Positions 27,813-36,098 of a stretch of 64,000 nucleotides of DNA are shown here, piece after piece. A model generated the notes under the pieces. The model was not told where the DNA came from. It saw only the letters and a list, made by a program, of their open reading frames with translations, and did not search any database. How positions within the stretch are numbered: the first letter of the stretch is position 1; each line of letters begins with the position of its first letter. A program made the translations under genes and the position numbers. The stretch comes from Gemmatimonadota bacterium (GTDB lineage Bacteria > Gemmatimonadota > Gemmatimonadetes > Palauibacterales > Palauibacteraceae): assembly GCA_021295785.1 (NCBI GenBank), contig JAGWBR010000011.1, positions 37,839 to 101,838 of the forward strand, read 5' to 3'.

Positions 27813-28610
27813 ATGACTTGCGCTGAGTTTTTGCGAAATTACACCGAATACACGGATGGTAGCCTGTCGAACACCGACCGGCTGCGTTTGGCGGCCCACG
27901 CTCAAGATTGCCCAAATTGCCAGCGGTTTGAGCGGGCGCTGACCGAGGGCGTACGCACATACCGGGAGGCCCCGAGGCCGGAGCCGTCGGGCGATTTCAT
28001 GCGCCGCCTCGAACACCGGCTCTACCACGTGCAGGACGGACGGTGGCTCAACCGCGCGGGAGGTGTGTGGGCGGCGGGCGTATTCGGAGCTGCCGCAGTC
28101 GCTGTTTTGGCGGTCGGTTGGTCTTCGTTCGCCGCTTCCTGGTCTGGGAGCAACGGTCAGATTCTTTTTGACGATGGCACCGGTGCGGGTGAGGCAATGA
28201 CCGCCGGCGGTCCGCCAGGCGACGGGTCCGGGTCCGGCGGGGCCAACCCGGAGGCGGACTGTGAGGAGGGGGAGGGCCTGGACTGCCTCACGTCGCGCGA
28301 CTGGCGCGCCGTGCTTCGCGTCGATCCGGGCTCCGGCTCCGGGAGTGCCTCCGCGGCGGACCCGGTGGCTGATTCGCTGGTACCGGGCGACCCGGACATG
28401 ATCTTCTTGCCTGTTCCTTTAATTGGGGGCAACCCGTTGACTGACGGACTGCGTCTCTACCGTGAAGGGACGGTTTGGGGTGATTCCGCCGCAGCCGCGG
28501 GGGCCACCGGCGGTGCAGGCCCTCCCGACTCGGTTCCTGGTTCTTCCGGCGCGGGCTCTGATCCCCCTGAACCCGGTTCGGGCCCCCGCGACAGCTTGAC
28601 GCCCCTCTGA
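27813..28610 (+). CDS. zf-HC2 (ZAS) anti-sigma factor with TM segment
   Basis: MTC...HAQDCPNC (HxxxCxxC), a TM helix and a low-complexity external tail. Confidence 0.88.
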   Translation: MTCAEFLRNYTEYTDGSLSNTDRLRLAAHAQDCPNCQRFERALTEGVRTYREAPRPEPSGDFMRRLEHRLYHVQDGRWLNRAGGVWAAGVFGAAAVAVLAVGWSSFAASWSGSNGQILFDDGTGAGEAMTAGGPPGDGSGSGGANPEADCEEGEGLDCLTSRDWRAVLRVDPGSGSGSASAADPVADSLVPGDPDMIFLPVPLIGGNPLTDGLRLYREGTVWGDSAAAAGATGGAGPPDSVPGSSGAGSDPPEPGSGPRDSLTPL

Positions 28611-29665
28611 ACCCTCCCGGGCCACGCGGCGGCTCCGGGCGAGGCCGGCCAGCCATTGCCGGGGCGGAGCAGGCACTCTCTCGCGCCCTTCGCGAGGATC
28701 CGGCCCCGGGTGTGTGGCTCATGCACGGCGCGGCGTCGCGACTCCGGGACGAGGCTGCCCGGCGGTTGGCCGGGGCCGCGCTCTCGCCCAGTCTGCGCGA
28801 CTTCAATTTTGACCAGGTTGAAGGGAAGCGGCTGACCGACGAGCAGCTGGGGACGATCTTGGCGATGCCTCCGATGATGGCGGATCTCCGGGTGCTTCTG
28901 TTGCGGGATGCCCAGCACCTGAAGCCCCGTGGCCGCAAACGTCTGCTGGACGCCATGCGGTCGCCGCCGCCCCAGCTGCTCCTGATAGTCACCCTTCAAG
29001 TTCCGGCGGGATCGCGCGCAGCTTACTACCGCGATTTGAAGAGCGCCGCGGGACCGCGCGCAATTGAGTGGAGCCAGCCGCGCGAGAACGATGTTCCGGG
29101 GTGGTTGCTGGAGCGTGCCCGACTTCGGTGGGAAATCGACCTGCCGCGGGACTTGGCCCCGAAGATCGCAAACGCGGTCGGGTCTGACCCTTCGCGCCTG
29201 GACGCGGAGCTCGAAAAGATCTCCCTGCTCGCCGGGGAAGACCGCACCGAGGAGAAGATCCTCTCGATGATGCCGCGGTCCCGCGGACTGGACCGCTGGC
29301 GGTGGATGGATCTTGTGGCCGGCCGGAAGTTTGCGGCGGCGCTGAAGCATCTGGAGGGCGTATTGGTCTCGGAACGGGGCACATCGCTTGTATCGGGGCT
29401 GACCGACCACTTTCTGTTTCTCGGGATTGCTCTGGGAGGACAGCAAGAGGTGAGGCGGTCCCTGTCGGAGTTGGGGCGGCACTACCTGGGTTGGAAGGCG
29501 CCCGCCTATGCGAGGCAGGCGAGGGCCTGGAGCGAGCCGGAGCTGGAGCATGCGGTGGGGGCGTTGTACCGGGCAGACCGGCTTCTCAAGTCCGGGGGGC
29601 GTGACCAGCCGGTGCTGGAGGAAATGCTGCTGTCCATGGCCCAGGCGCGGCTGCAGGCAGCTTGA
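28607..29665 (+). CDS. holA: DNA polymerase III delta subunit
   Basis: DFNFDQVEG, PPMMADLRVLLLRDA, ELEKISL, ADRLLKSG. Start CTG 28607 (inferred) or GTG 28712. Confidence 0.85.
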   Translation: MNPPGPRGGSGRGRPAIAGAEQALSRALREDPAPGVWLMHGAASRLRDEAARRLAGAALSPSLRDFNFDQVEGKRLTDEQLGTILAMPPMMADLRVLLLRDAQHLKPRGRKRLLDAMRSPPPQLLLIVTLQVPAGSRAAYYRDLKSAAGPRAIEWSQPRENDVPGWLLERARLRWEIDLPRDLAPKIANAVGSDPSRLDAELEKISLLAGEDRTEEKILSMMPRSRGLDRWRWMDLVAGRKFAAALKHLEGVLVSERGTSLVSGLTDHFLFLGIALGGQQEVRRSLSELGRHYLGWKAPAYARQARAWSEPELEHAVGALYRADRLLKSGGRDQPVLEEMLLSMAQARLQAA

Positions 29666-29693
29666 CCCCGGTCGCCCCGCGGCTGCGGCTTCG

Positions 29694-32435
29694 GTGAGCC
29701 CCCGGCGGAGCGCCCGGTCGCGCCGGGCGGTGGCGGGCAGCACGCCGCTCATCGAACAGTACCGCGAAATCAAGGCTCGGCACGCGGATTCGATGCTGTT
29801 CTTCAGGGTGGGCGACTTCTACGAGATGTTTTTCGAGGATGCCGAAGAGGCCAGCGGGCTGCTCGGGATCGCCCTGGCCTCGCGCAACAACGGCCCGATC
29901 GAGGTCCCTCTGGCGGGGGTCCCGGCGAAGGCGCTCAACGAATACCTGCCGCGTCTGATTGAGGCAGGCCGGCGCGTGGCGATCTGCGAACAGCTCGAAG
30001 AGGTTGCCGAAGCCGACGGAATTGTGCGCCGCGACGTGGTGGAGATTGTAACCCCCGGCACGGTAGTTGACCCGGACCAACTCACCCGCGGACGCAACAA
30101 CTTCGTGGTCGCCGTGGCCGCCCCGGCGCGGAGCACCGGGGCCGCTGAGTTCGGACTGGCCGTGGCGGATCTCTCAACGGGCGAGTTTGAACTGCGCGGC
30201 TGTGGCGACCCGGATGCGCTGCGCGACGACCTCTCGCGTTTGGACCCCGCCGAGGTGTTGCTTCCCCAGCGCCTGACGGTCCCCGCCGACCCCGCGGAAA
30301 CACTGGACGCCGCCATCACCGGCTCCCAGACCTGGGTAACGACTTCCCGCCCTGACTGGCTGTTCGATCCCGCGACGGGGGAAGAAAGACTTCAGTCCCG
30401 GTTCGGAGTCCACTCGGCTGCCGGATTCGGCATCGACCCCAGGCGCGACCAACCGCTGCTGGCGGCGGCATCCGCCCTGCTGGCCTACCTCGACGAAGTA
30501 CGCCCCGGAGGCGTCAAGCACCTGCGCCCGCCCAGAGTGGACCGGACCGGCCGCGTCATGCACCTGGATGAGATGACCCGCCGCAACCTCGAACTTGTCG
30601 AACCGCTGCGGCCCGGCGAGGGCGTCACGCTCCTCAGCCTGCTGGACCAGACCAAGACCCCCATGGGGGCCCGGCTGATGCGCCGGCGCGTGCTCCGACC
30701 GCTGCTGGGCCAGGAAGAGATCGAAACCCGCCTGGACGCTGTGGCCGACCTGGTGGCGCAGTCCGCGCCGCGGCGAGCGATCCGCGAGCACCTCTCGCGT
30801 GTTCGGGACCTGGAGCGGGCGGCGGCGCATGTCTCGGGCGGAAAGTGCGAGCCGCGGCGCCTCCTGGCTCTGGCGAACTCGCTGGTGGAACTGCCCGGCG
30901 CGCTCGAAAATGCATCGAAGCTGACCGCCTCCCGGTTGGTCGATATCACAAAACGGTTGGATCCGCTGGATGACACCCGCTCGGCAATCGAGGAGGCACT
31001 GGACGCCGGAGACGGCAGCGGGACTGTTCGCGAGGGCCACTCGCGGGAGCTGGACCAGTTGCGTTCGCTGCGGGACGAGGCGGCCGGCTGGATCAGGGAC
31101 CTACAGGAACGCGAACGCCGGGAAACGGGGATCGAGTCACTGAAGGTCGGATTCAACAAGGTGTTCGGCTATTACATCGAAGTGACGCGGACCAGGGTCG
31201 ATCAGGTCCCCGACAGATTCATCCGCAAACAGACCCTGGCCGGTTCAGAGCGCTATTTCACCACCGAACTCAAGGAGTGGGAAGAAAAGGTTCTGGCCGC
31301 CGACCGGGAGATCGAACATTTGGAGGCGCAGCTCCTGCGGGCTCTTGTCGAACGCCTCGGGAAGGACATTCGGCGCATCCAGCAAACCGCTGCCGCCGTT
31401 TCTGAACTGGATGTCCTGGCGGCGCTTGCCCACGTCAGCGTCCGGAACGATTGGACGCGGCCCGAGATCACCCTTTCAAGGGAGATCCAGATCGAACAGG
31501 GCCGCCACCCGGTCGTGGAAGCGGCGTTGGGCCCGGGCGAGTTCGTGGCGGGCGACACAAGGCTGGACTCCGGCACCCACGTGTTGTTGGTTACCGGTCC
31601 GAACATGTCGGGAAAGTCGACCGTGTTGCGGCAAGTGGGAATCATCGCGCTCATGGCCCACACGGGCTCGTTCGTCCCTGCCCGCCGAGCGCGCATCGGC
31701 CTCTGTGACCGCGTGTTTACGAGGGTGGGGGCGTCCGACAATTTGGCGTCGGGCATGAGCACGTTCATGGTCGAAATGACCGAGACGGCAACAATCCTCA
31801 ACTCGGCCACGGACCGCTCGCTGGTGTTGCTTGACGAAATCGGTCGCGGCACCTCCACCTACGACGGTGTTTCCATCGCCTGCGCGGTCACCGAGAGGCT
31901 GCATGAGGTGGGCGCGCGGACGCTCTTCGCCACCCACTACCACGAGCTGGTGGGGCTGGCGGAGTCGTTGCCGCGGGCCGCCGCGCTGAACGTTGCTGTT
32001 CGCGAGACTGAAGACAGCGTGATATTCCTGCACCGGCTGGAGCCGGGCGGTTGCGACCGCTCCTACGGAGTGCACGTGGCGAAGTTGGCCGGCCTCCCGC
32101 GGGCGGTGGTGGCGCGGGCAGCGCAGATTCTGAGGGCGCTGGAGTCCGGGCCGTGGGGAGTTGGCGGGCGTAGCGCCATGTTGGGCGATTTCGGAAAGGG
32201 TCAGTTGTCGCTGTTCCTTGCCCGGGCCGAGGGCGCGGAAACTGCCGGGGGCGCTGACCACGTAGCCGAACCGGACGGACCATTGCACGGGACCGGGCCG
32301 CGCCCGGAGCCGGGAGATCCGGCGGCAGGAGACGTGTTGGACCAGCTGAGGAAGGCCGAACCGGATCGCCTCACGCCGCTGGAGGCGTTAAACCTGGTGG
32401 CGGAACTCAAATCGAAGCTGTCGCCCGAGCGCTGA
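29694..32435 (+). CDS. mutS: DNA mismatch repair protein MutS
   Basis: TPLIEQY, FRVGDFYEMF, GPNMSGKST, DEIGRGTSTYDG, SYGVHVAKLAG. Start approximate. Confidence 0.97.
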   Translation: MSPRRSARSRRAVAGSTPLIEQYREIKARHADSMLFFRVGDFYEMFFEDAEEASGLLGIALASRNNGPIEVPLAGVPAKALNEYLPRLIEAGRRVAICEQLEEVAEADGIVRRDVVEIVTPGTVVDPDQLTRGRNNFVVAVAAPARSTGAAEFGLAVADLSTGEFELRGCGDPDALRDDLSRLDPAEVLLPQRLTVPADPAETLDAAITGSQTWVTTSRPDWLFDPATGEERLQSRFGVHSAAGFGIDPRRDQPLLAAASALLAYLDEVRPGGVKHLRPPRVDRTGRVMHLDEMTRRNLELVEPLRPGEGVTLLSLLDQTKTPMGARLMRRRVLRPLLGQEEIETRLDAVADLVAQSAPRRAIREHLSRVRDLERAAAHVSGGKCEPRRLLALANSLVELPGALENASKLTASRLVDITKRLDPLDDTRSAIEEALDAGDGSGTVREGHSRELDQLRSLRDEAAGWIRDLQERERRETGIESLKVGFNKVFGYYIEVTRTRVDQVPDRFIRKQTLAGSERYFTTELKEWEEKVLAADREIEHLEAQLLRALVERLGKDIRRIQQTAAAVSELDVLAALAHVSVRNDWTRPEITLSREIQIEQGRHPVVEAALGPGEFVAGDTRLDSGTHVLLVTGPNMSGKSTVLRQVGIIALMAHTGSFVPARRARIGLCDRVFTRVGASDNLASGMSTFMVEMTETATILNSATDRSLVLLDEIGRGTSTYDGVSIACAVTERLHEVGARTLFATHYHELVGLAESLPRAAALNVAVRETEDSVIFLHRLEPGGCDRSYGVHVAKLAGLPRAVVARAAQILRALESGPWGVGGRSAMLGDFGKGQLSLFLARAEGAETAGGADHVAEPDGPLHGTGPRPEPGDPAAGDVLDQLRKAEPDRLTPLEALNLVAELKSKLSPER

Positions 32436-32500
32436 TGGCCGGCTGCGACAGTGTCGCTGCCGGAGGAGGATGCGACGTTGCCGTATTCGGATAACAAATC

Positions 32501-33922
32501 ATGAGCCAGCTCGGTGAATCAGTAGATCTCGGACGGCTCGAGAGCGTGCTTGGCGCGGTCGGACGCACGCCGATTGTGCGCCTGCGCCGGGTCGTCGACC
32601 GGATTCGAACCCCCGTGTGGCTGAAGCTCGAGTCATTCAACCCAGGCGGGTCGGTTAAGGACCGCATCGGCCTGGCGATCATCGAGCAAGCCGAGGCCGA
32701 CGGCACGCTGCGCCCCGGTGGCACGGTCGTGGAGGGAACCGCCGGCAACACGGGCCTCGCGCTGGCCTTCGCGGCCGCGGTCAAGGGGTACCGCTGCGTG
32801 TTCGCGATCCCCGACAAGATGAGCGCCGAAAAAATCAGTCTTGTCCGCGCGTTCGGGGCGGAAGTGATCGTCACGCCCAGCGGTGTTCCGCCCGACCATC
32901 CGAACTACTACTCCAACGTGGCCCGGCGTTTGGCCGAAGAGACTCCGGGAGCGGTTTTGGCCGACCAGTTCTTCAACCCCGCCAACCCTCGAGCTCACTA
33001 CCGGACAACGGGACCCGAGGTGTGGAAACAGACAGACGGACGCGTCACCCACTTCGTGGCGGCCCCGGCCACGGGGGGCACGATCAGCGGTGTTGGGCGT
33101 TATCTGAAGGAGCAGAACCCCGGCGTGAAGGTGATCGCTGCCGACCCGGCGGGATCGGTGCTGGCCGGATACGCCCGGACGGGTGAAGTGGGGAAGGGCG
33201 ACATGTACAAGGTCGAGGGTGCGGGAAACGACAAGATTCCCGGCGCGATGGATTTCTCGGTGATAGACGAATTCATGACCGTGCCCGACCGCGACGCGTT
33301 TCAGATGGCTCGTCGCCTCACCCGCCAGGAAGCCCTCTTTGCAGGGGGCGCCTCGGGCCTGATCGGTTGTGCCGCGGTCAGAATCGCCGAACGGGTCGAT
33401 GATCCGGAGGCCTGCATCGTCGGGCTGGTTACCGACTCGGGCGAGCGATACCTGTCCAAGATCTATTCGGACGAATGGATGCGGGAAAACCGCATGACGG
33501 ACACCTCGCCCGCCACGGCTGCCGGGATGATGGAGCGGAAGGCAGTGGACGGCGTCCCCGCCCTGATCGCGGTCGGTCCCGGGGATACCGTGGCGCATGC
33601 GCTCGATCTGATGGGTCGCCACCACGTTTCCCAGTTGCCCGTGGTGGAGACGGGCCGCCAGTTGGGGTCCGCTTCCGAAGCAAGGCTGATGGCGGCAGTC
33701 ATCGCCGATCCCGCCCGCCGAGCGGATCCGGTGTCGGACCACGCTGACGACGCGTTTCCGGAGATCGGCCCCGATGCCGGGCTCAAGCAAATGGCGGACC
33801 TCATGACCCGGCGCGTAACCGCGGTGGCCGTTATCAGCGGTGGATCCGTGGCGGGCATACTGACCAGACACGACATCCTGCGGCGATTGTTGGCCGGGGA
33901 CGGCGGTTCCGATGGTGCCTGA
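32501..33922 (+). CDS. Cystathionine beta-synthase (PLP enzyme with C-terminal CBS pair)
   Basis: NPGGSVKDR, GTAGNTG, DSGERYLSK, C-terminal CBS domains. Confidence 0.9.
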   Translation: MSQLGESVDLGRLESVLGAVGRTPIVRLRRVVDRIRTPVWLKLESFNPGGSVKDRIGLAIIEQAEADGTLRPGGTVVEGTAGNTGLALAFAAAVKGYRCVFAIPDKMSAEKISLVRAFGAEVIVTPSGVPPDHPNYYSNVARRLAEETPGAVLADQFFNPANPRAHYRTTGPEVWKQTDGRVTHFVAAPATGGTISGVGRYLKEQNPGVKVIAADPAGSVLAGYARTGEVGKGDMYKVEGAGNDKIPGAMDFSVIDEFMTVPDRDAFQMARRLTRQEALFAGGASGLIGCAAVRIAERVDDPEACIVGLVTDSGERYLSKIYSDEWMRENRMTDTSPATAAGMMERKAVDGVPALIAVGPGDTVAHALDLMGRHHVSQLPVVETGRQLGSASEARLMAAVIADPARRADPVSDHADDAFPEIGPDAGLKQMADLMTRRVTAVAVISGGSVAGILTRHDILRRLLAGDGGSDGA

Positions 33923-34982
33923 CCTCCCCGCCGAACTCGCGGGCAGGCGCATCCGGGTCGCGGTCTTGTGCGGCGGAGAGTCGCCCGAGCACGATGTGTC
34001 GCTGGTGTCGGCGCGCAATGTGTTGGGGGCAATGGACCCGGAGCGTTACGACCCGTCCGTGATCCAGATCGGGCGCGACGGTGTTTGGCGCCGGGCCGGG
34101 CAGTCCGCTGCCCTCTCGGTCACGCCCGGCTTGCCCCCCGAAGCGGGCGGTGCGGAGTTCGATGTTGTTTTCCCGGTTCTCCACGGACCCAACGGCGAAG
34201 ACGGCACCGTCCAGGGCCTGCTCGAACTGTTGCATGTGCCGTACGTCGGACCCGGGGTGCTAGGGGCCGCGCTCACCATGGACAAGGAAGCCGCCAAACG
34301 GGTTCTCCAGGCCGCCGGGCTTCCCGTGGTGCCCTGGGTTACCGTGCGCGCCGGGAAGGCCCGTCCGGGTTGGGAGGCCACGACCGGGCGGCTGGGGCGC
34401 CCGGTGTTCGTGAAGCCGGCACGGATGGGTTCATCGGTCGGCGTGTCGGTGGCCGCGACGGCCGAAGAGCTGGACAGGGCCCTGGAAGAGGCGTTCGCCT
34501 TCGACGCGAAGGTGCTGGTGGAGCAGCGGATCGACGGGCGCGAGATTGAATGTGCCGTCCTGGGCAACGAGTACCCGGAGGCGTCCGTGCCCGGTGAGAT
34601 CGCCTCCACGCACGACTTCTACAGTTACGAAGCCAAATACGTGGACGAACACGGCGCCCGGCTCCACGCGCCCGCCGATCTGGCCCCCGACCAGGCCGAG
34701 CGGATCCGCGAGATGTCTGTATTGGCGTTTCAGGCGCTGTGCTGCGCGGGAATGGCCCGCGTGGACTTCTTCCTCACCGCCGCGGGCAAGGACGGGGAGG
34801 CCGCCGCCGGCGCCCGAGACGGAGTCTACATCAACGAGGTAAACGGCATTCCCGGGTTCACCGAAATCAGCATGTATCCCCGACTGTGGGCCACGACGGG
34901 CCTGGAGTACCCACAGCTCATCGACCGGTTGATATCGCTGGCTTTCGCCCGCCACGCCGCCAGGAAGGAACGGGGGCGATGA
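33912..34982 (+). CDS. ddl: D-alanine--D-alanine ligase
   Basis: GGESPEHDVS, LHGPNGEDG, GSSVGV, FYSYEAKY, NEVN..PGFT. Confidence 0.95.
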   Translation: MVPDLPAELAGRRIRVAVLCGGESPEHDVSLVSARNVLGAMDPERYDPSVIQIGRDGVWRRAGQSAALSVTPGLPPEAGGAEFDVVFPVLHGPNGEDGTVQGLLELLHVPYVGPGVLGAALTMDKEAAKRVLQAAGLPVVPWVTVRAGKARPGWEATTGRLGRPVFVKPARMGSSVGVSVAATAEELDRALEEAFAFDAKVLVEQRIDGREIECAVLGNEYPEASVPGEIASTHDFYSYEAKYVDEHGARLHAPADLAPDQAERIREMSVLAFQALCCAGMARVDFFLTAAGKDGEAAAGARDGVYINEVNGIPGFTEISMYPRLWATTGLEYPQLIDRLISLAFARHAARKERGR

Positions 34983-35905
34983 TCGGCACCTTTGGCCCTC
35001 CCGCCGGCGTGTCACCGGCCGTACGGCGACTCCTGGTTATCAACGGGGCGGTGTGGTTGATCATCCAGTTCACCGGCAGCAGACCCGGCACGATGGCCAG
35101 CGCTCTGGCCTTCAACGCCTCGGAACTGCTGCTTCGACCGTGGAGCCCGGTCACCTACATGTTCGTCCACGTGGGTTTCTTCCATCTCCTGTTCAACATG
35201 ATCGTCCTGTTTTTCTTCGGGCCCATGCTGGAGGCCAGGTGGGGGAGCCGGTTTTTCACGTGCTATTACCTGGTGGCGGGCGTCGGCGGGGCGTTGATTT
35301 CATTGCCGCTGCGGTCGCTGACGGGGCCGGCCGACATCATCGGGGCGTCAGGGGCGGTCTACGGCCTGCTGATGGCGTTCGCGATGAACTGGCCCGACAG
35401 GCGCATCTACCTCTACTTCATGTTCCCGATCAAAGCCAAATGGCTGGTGCTGGGCCTGGGGTTGATCGCCTTGCTGAGTGCGGCTTCGGGCACCAACGAC
35501 GGAGTAGCGCACTGGGCACATCTCGGCGGCCTGCTAACCGGGTGGATCCACCTGCGTTTCGGAGACCGGATCTGGACGGCGCTGGCCCCCTTGCGAGAAG
35601 CGGGGGCGGGGTGGTTTGGCCGCGGGGACGGAAAATGGGAGCGAGGGCAGGCCTCCGGCCGGCCCTCTTCGGGGCGGACCCGCTTGTGGCGGACCGAGAC
35701 ACCGGGAGGTACCGAGATCAAAATGGAACCGGACGCCCGCCCGCGGCGGGCTTCCGGCTCGGGGCGGAGGACCGCCGGCGCAGACGAGGATTTGGACGAG
35801 GTTGACAGAATCCTGGACAAGATCCGGGAGGGCGGTCTGGGTTCGTTGACCCCGAAGGAAAAGGAGTTCCTGGACGAGGCCAGCCGCGGCTACAGCAAGA
35901 GATGA
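34979..35905 (+). CDS. Rhomboid intramembrane serine protease with soluble C-terminal tail
   Basis: HLLFNM, GASG, AHWAHLGG, C-terminal EVDRILDKI. Confidence 0.92.
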   Translation: MIGTFGPPAGVSPAVRRLLVINGAVWLIIQFTGSRPGTMASALAFNASELLLRPWSPVTYMFVHVGFFHLLFNMIVLFFFGPMLEARWGSRFFTCYYLVAGVGGALISLPLRSLTGPADIIGASGAVYGLLMAFAMNWPDRRIYLYFMFPIKAKWLVLGLGLIALLSAASGTNDGVAHWAHLGGLLTGWIHLRFGDRIWTALAPLREAGAGWFGRGDGKWERGQASGRPSSGRTRLWRTETPGGTEIKMEPDARPRRASGSGRRTAGADEDLDEVDRILDKIREGGLGSLTPKEKEFLDEASRGYSKR

Positions 35906-35941
35906 GCCCCAGCAGCGCGCGCCCGACACGGCGCTTGACCA

Positions 35942-35967
35942 GACGGGGACCGGACGGGGACCGGACG
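35942..35967. repeat. 11-bp tandem repeat GACGGGGACCG x2 plus partial copy
   Basis: Read directly in the rhomboid-fusA intergenic region. Confidence 0.8.
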
Positions 35968-35980
35968 CGACGAACCCGCT

Positions 35981-36010
35981 TGGACAGAACCCCGCCTTTC
36001 CGGGTAGTTT
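35981..36010 (+). promoter_or_regulatory. Putative sigma70 promoter for the EF-G2 gene
   Basis: TGGACA-N18-TAGTTT. Confidence 0.4.
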
Positions 36011-36098
36011 AGCGGCCCGTTCCGCCGCGATTGCCGGGCGCGGCCGAACCAGCAGACGGTAAACAACCCAAGCCTTCCCCACCGGCCCTGGAGACGCG

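Noticed and set aside
33912-34982. Ddl as a Van-type D-Ala-D-Lac ligase
   Set aside because: The omega loop FYSYEAKY is of the D-Ala-D-Ala type, and no van genes are adjacent.
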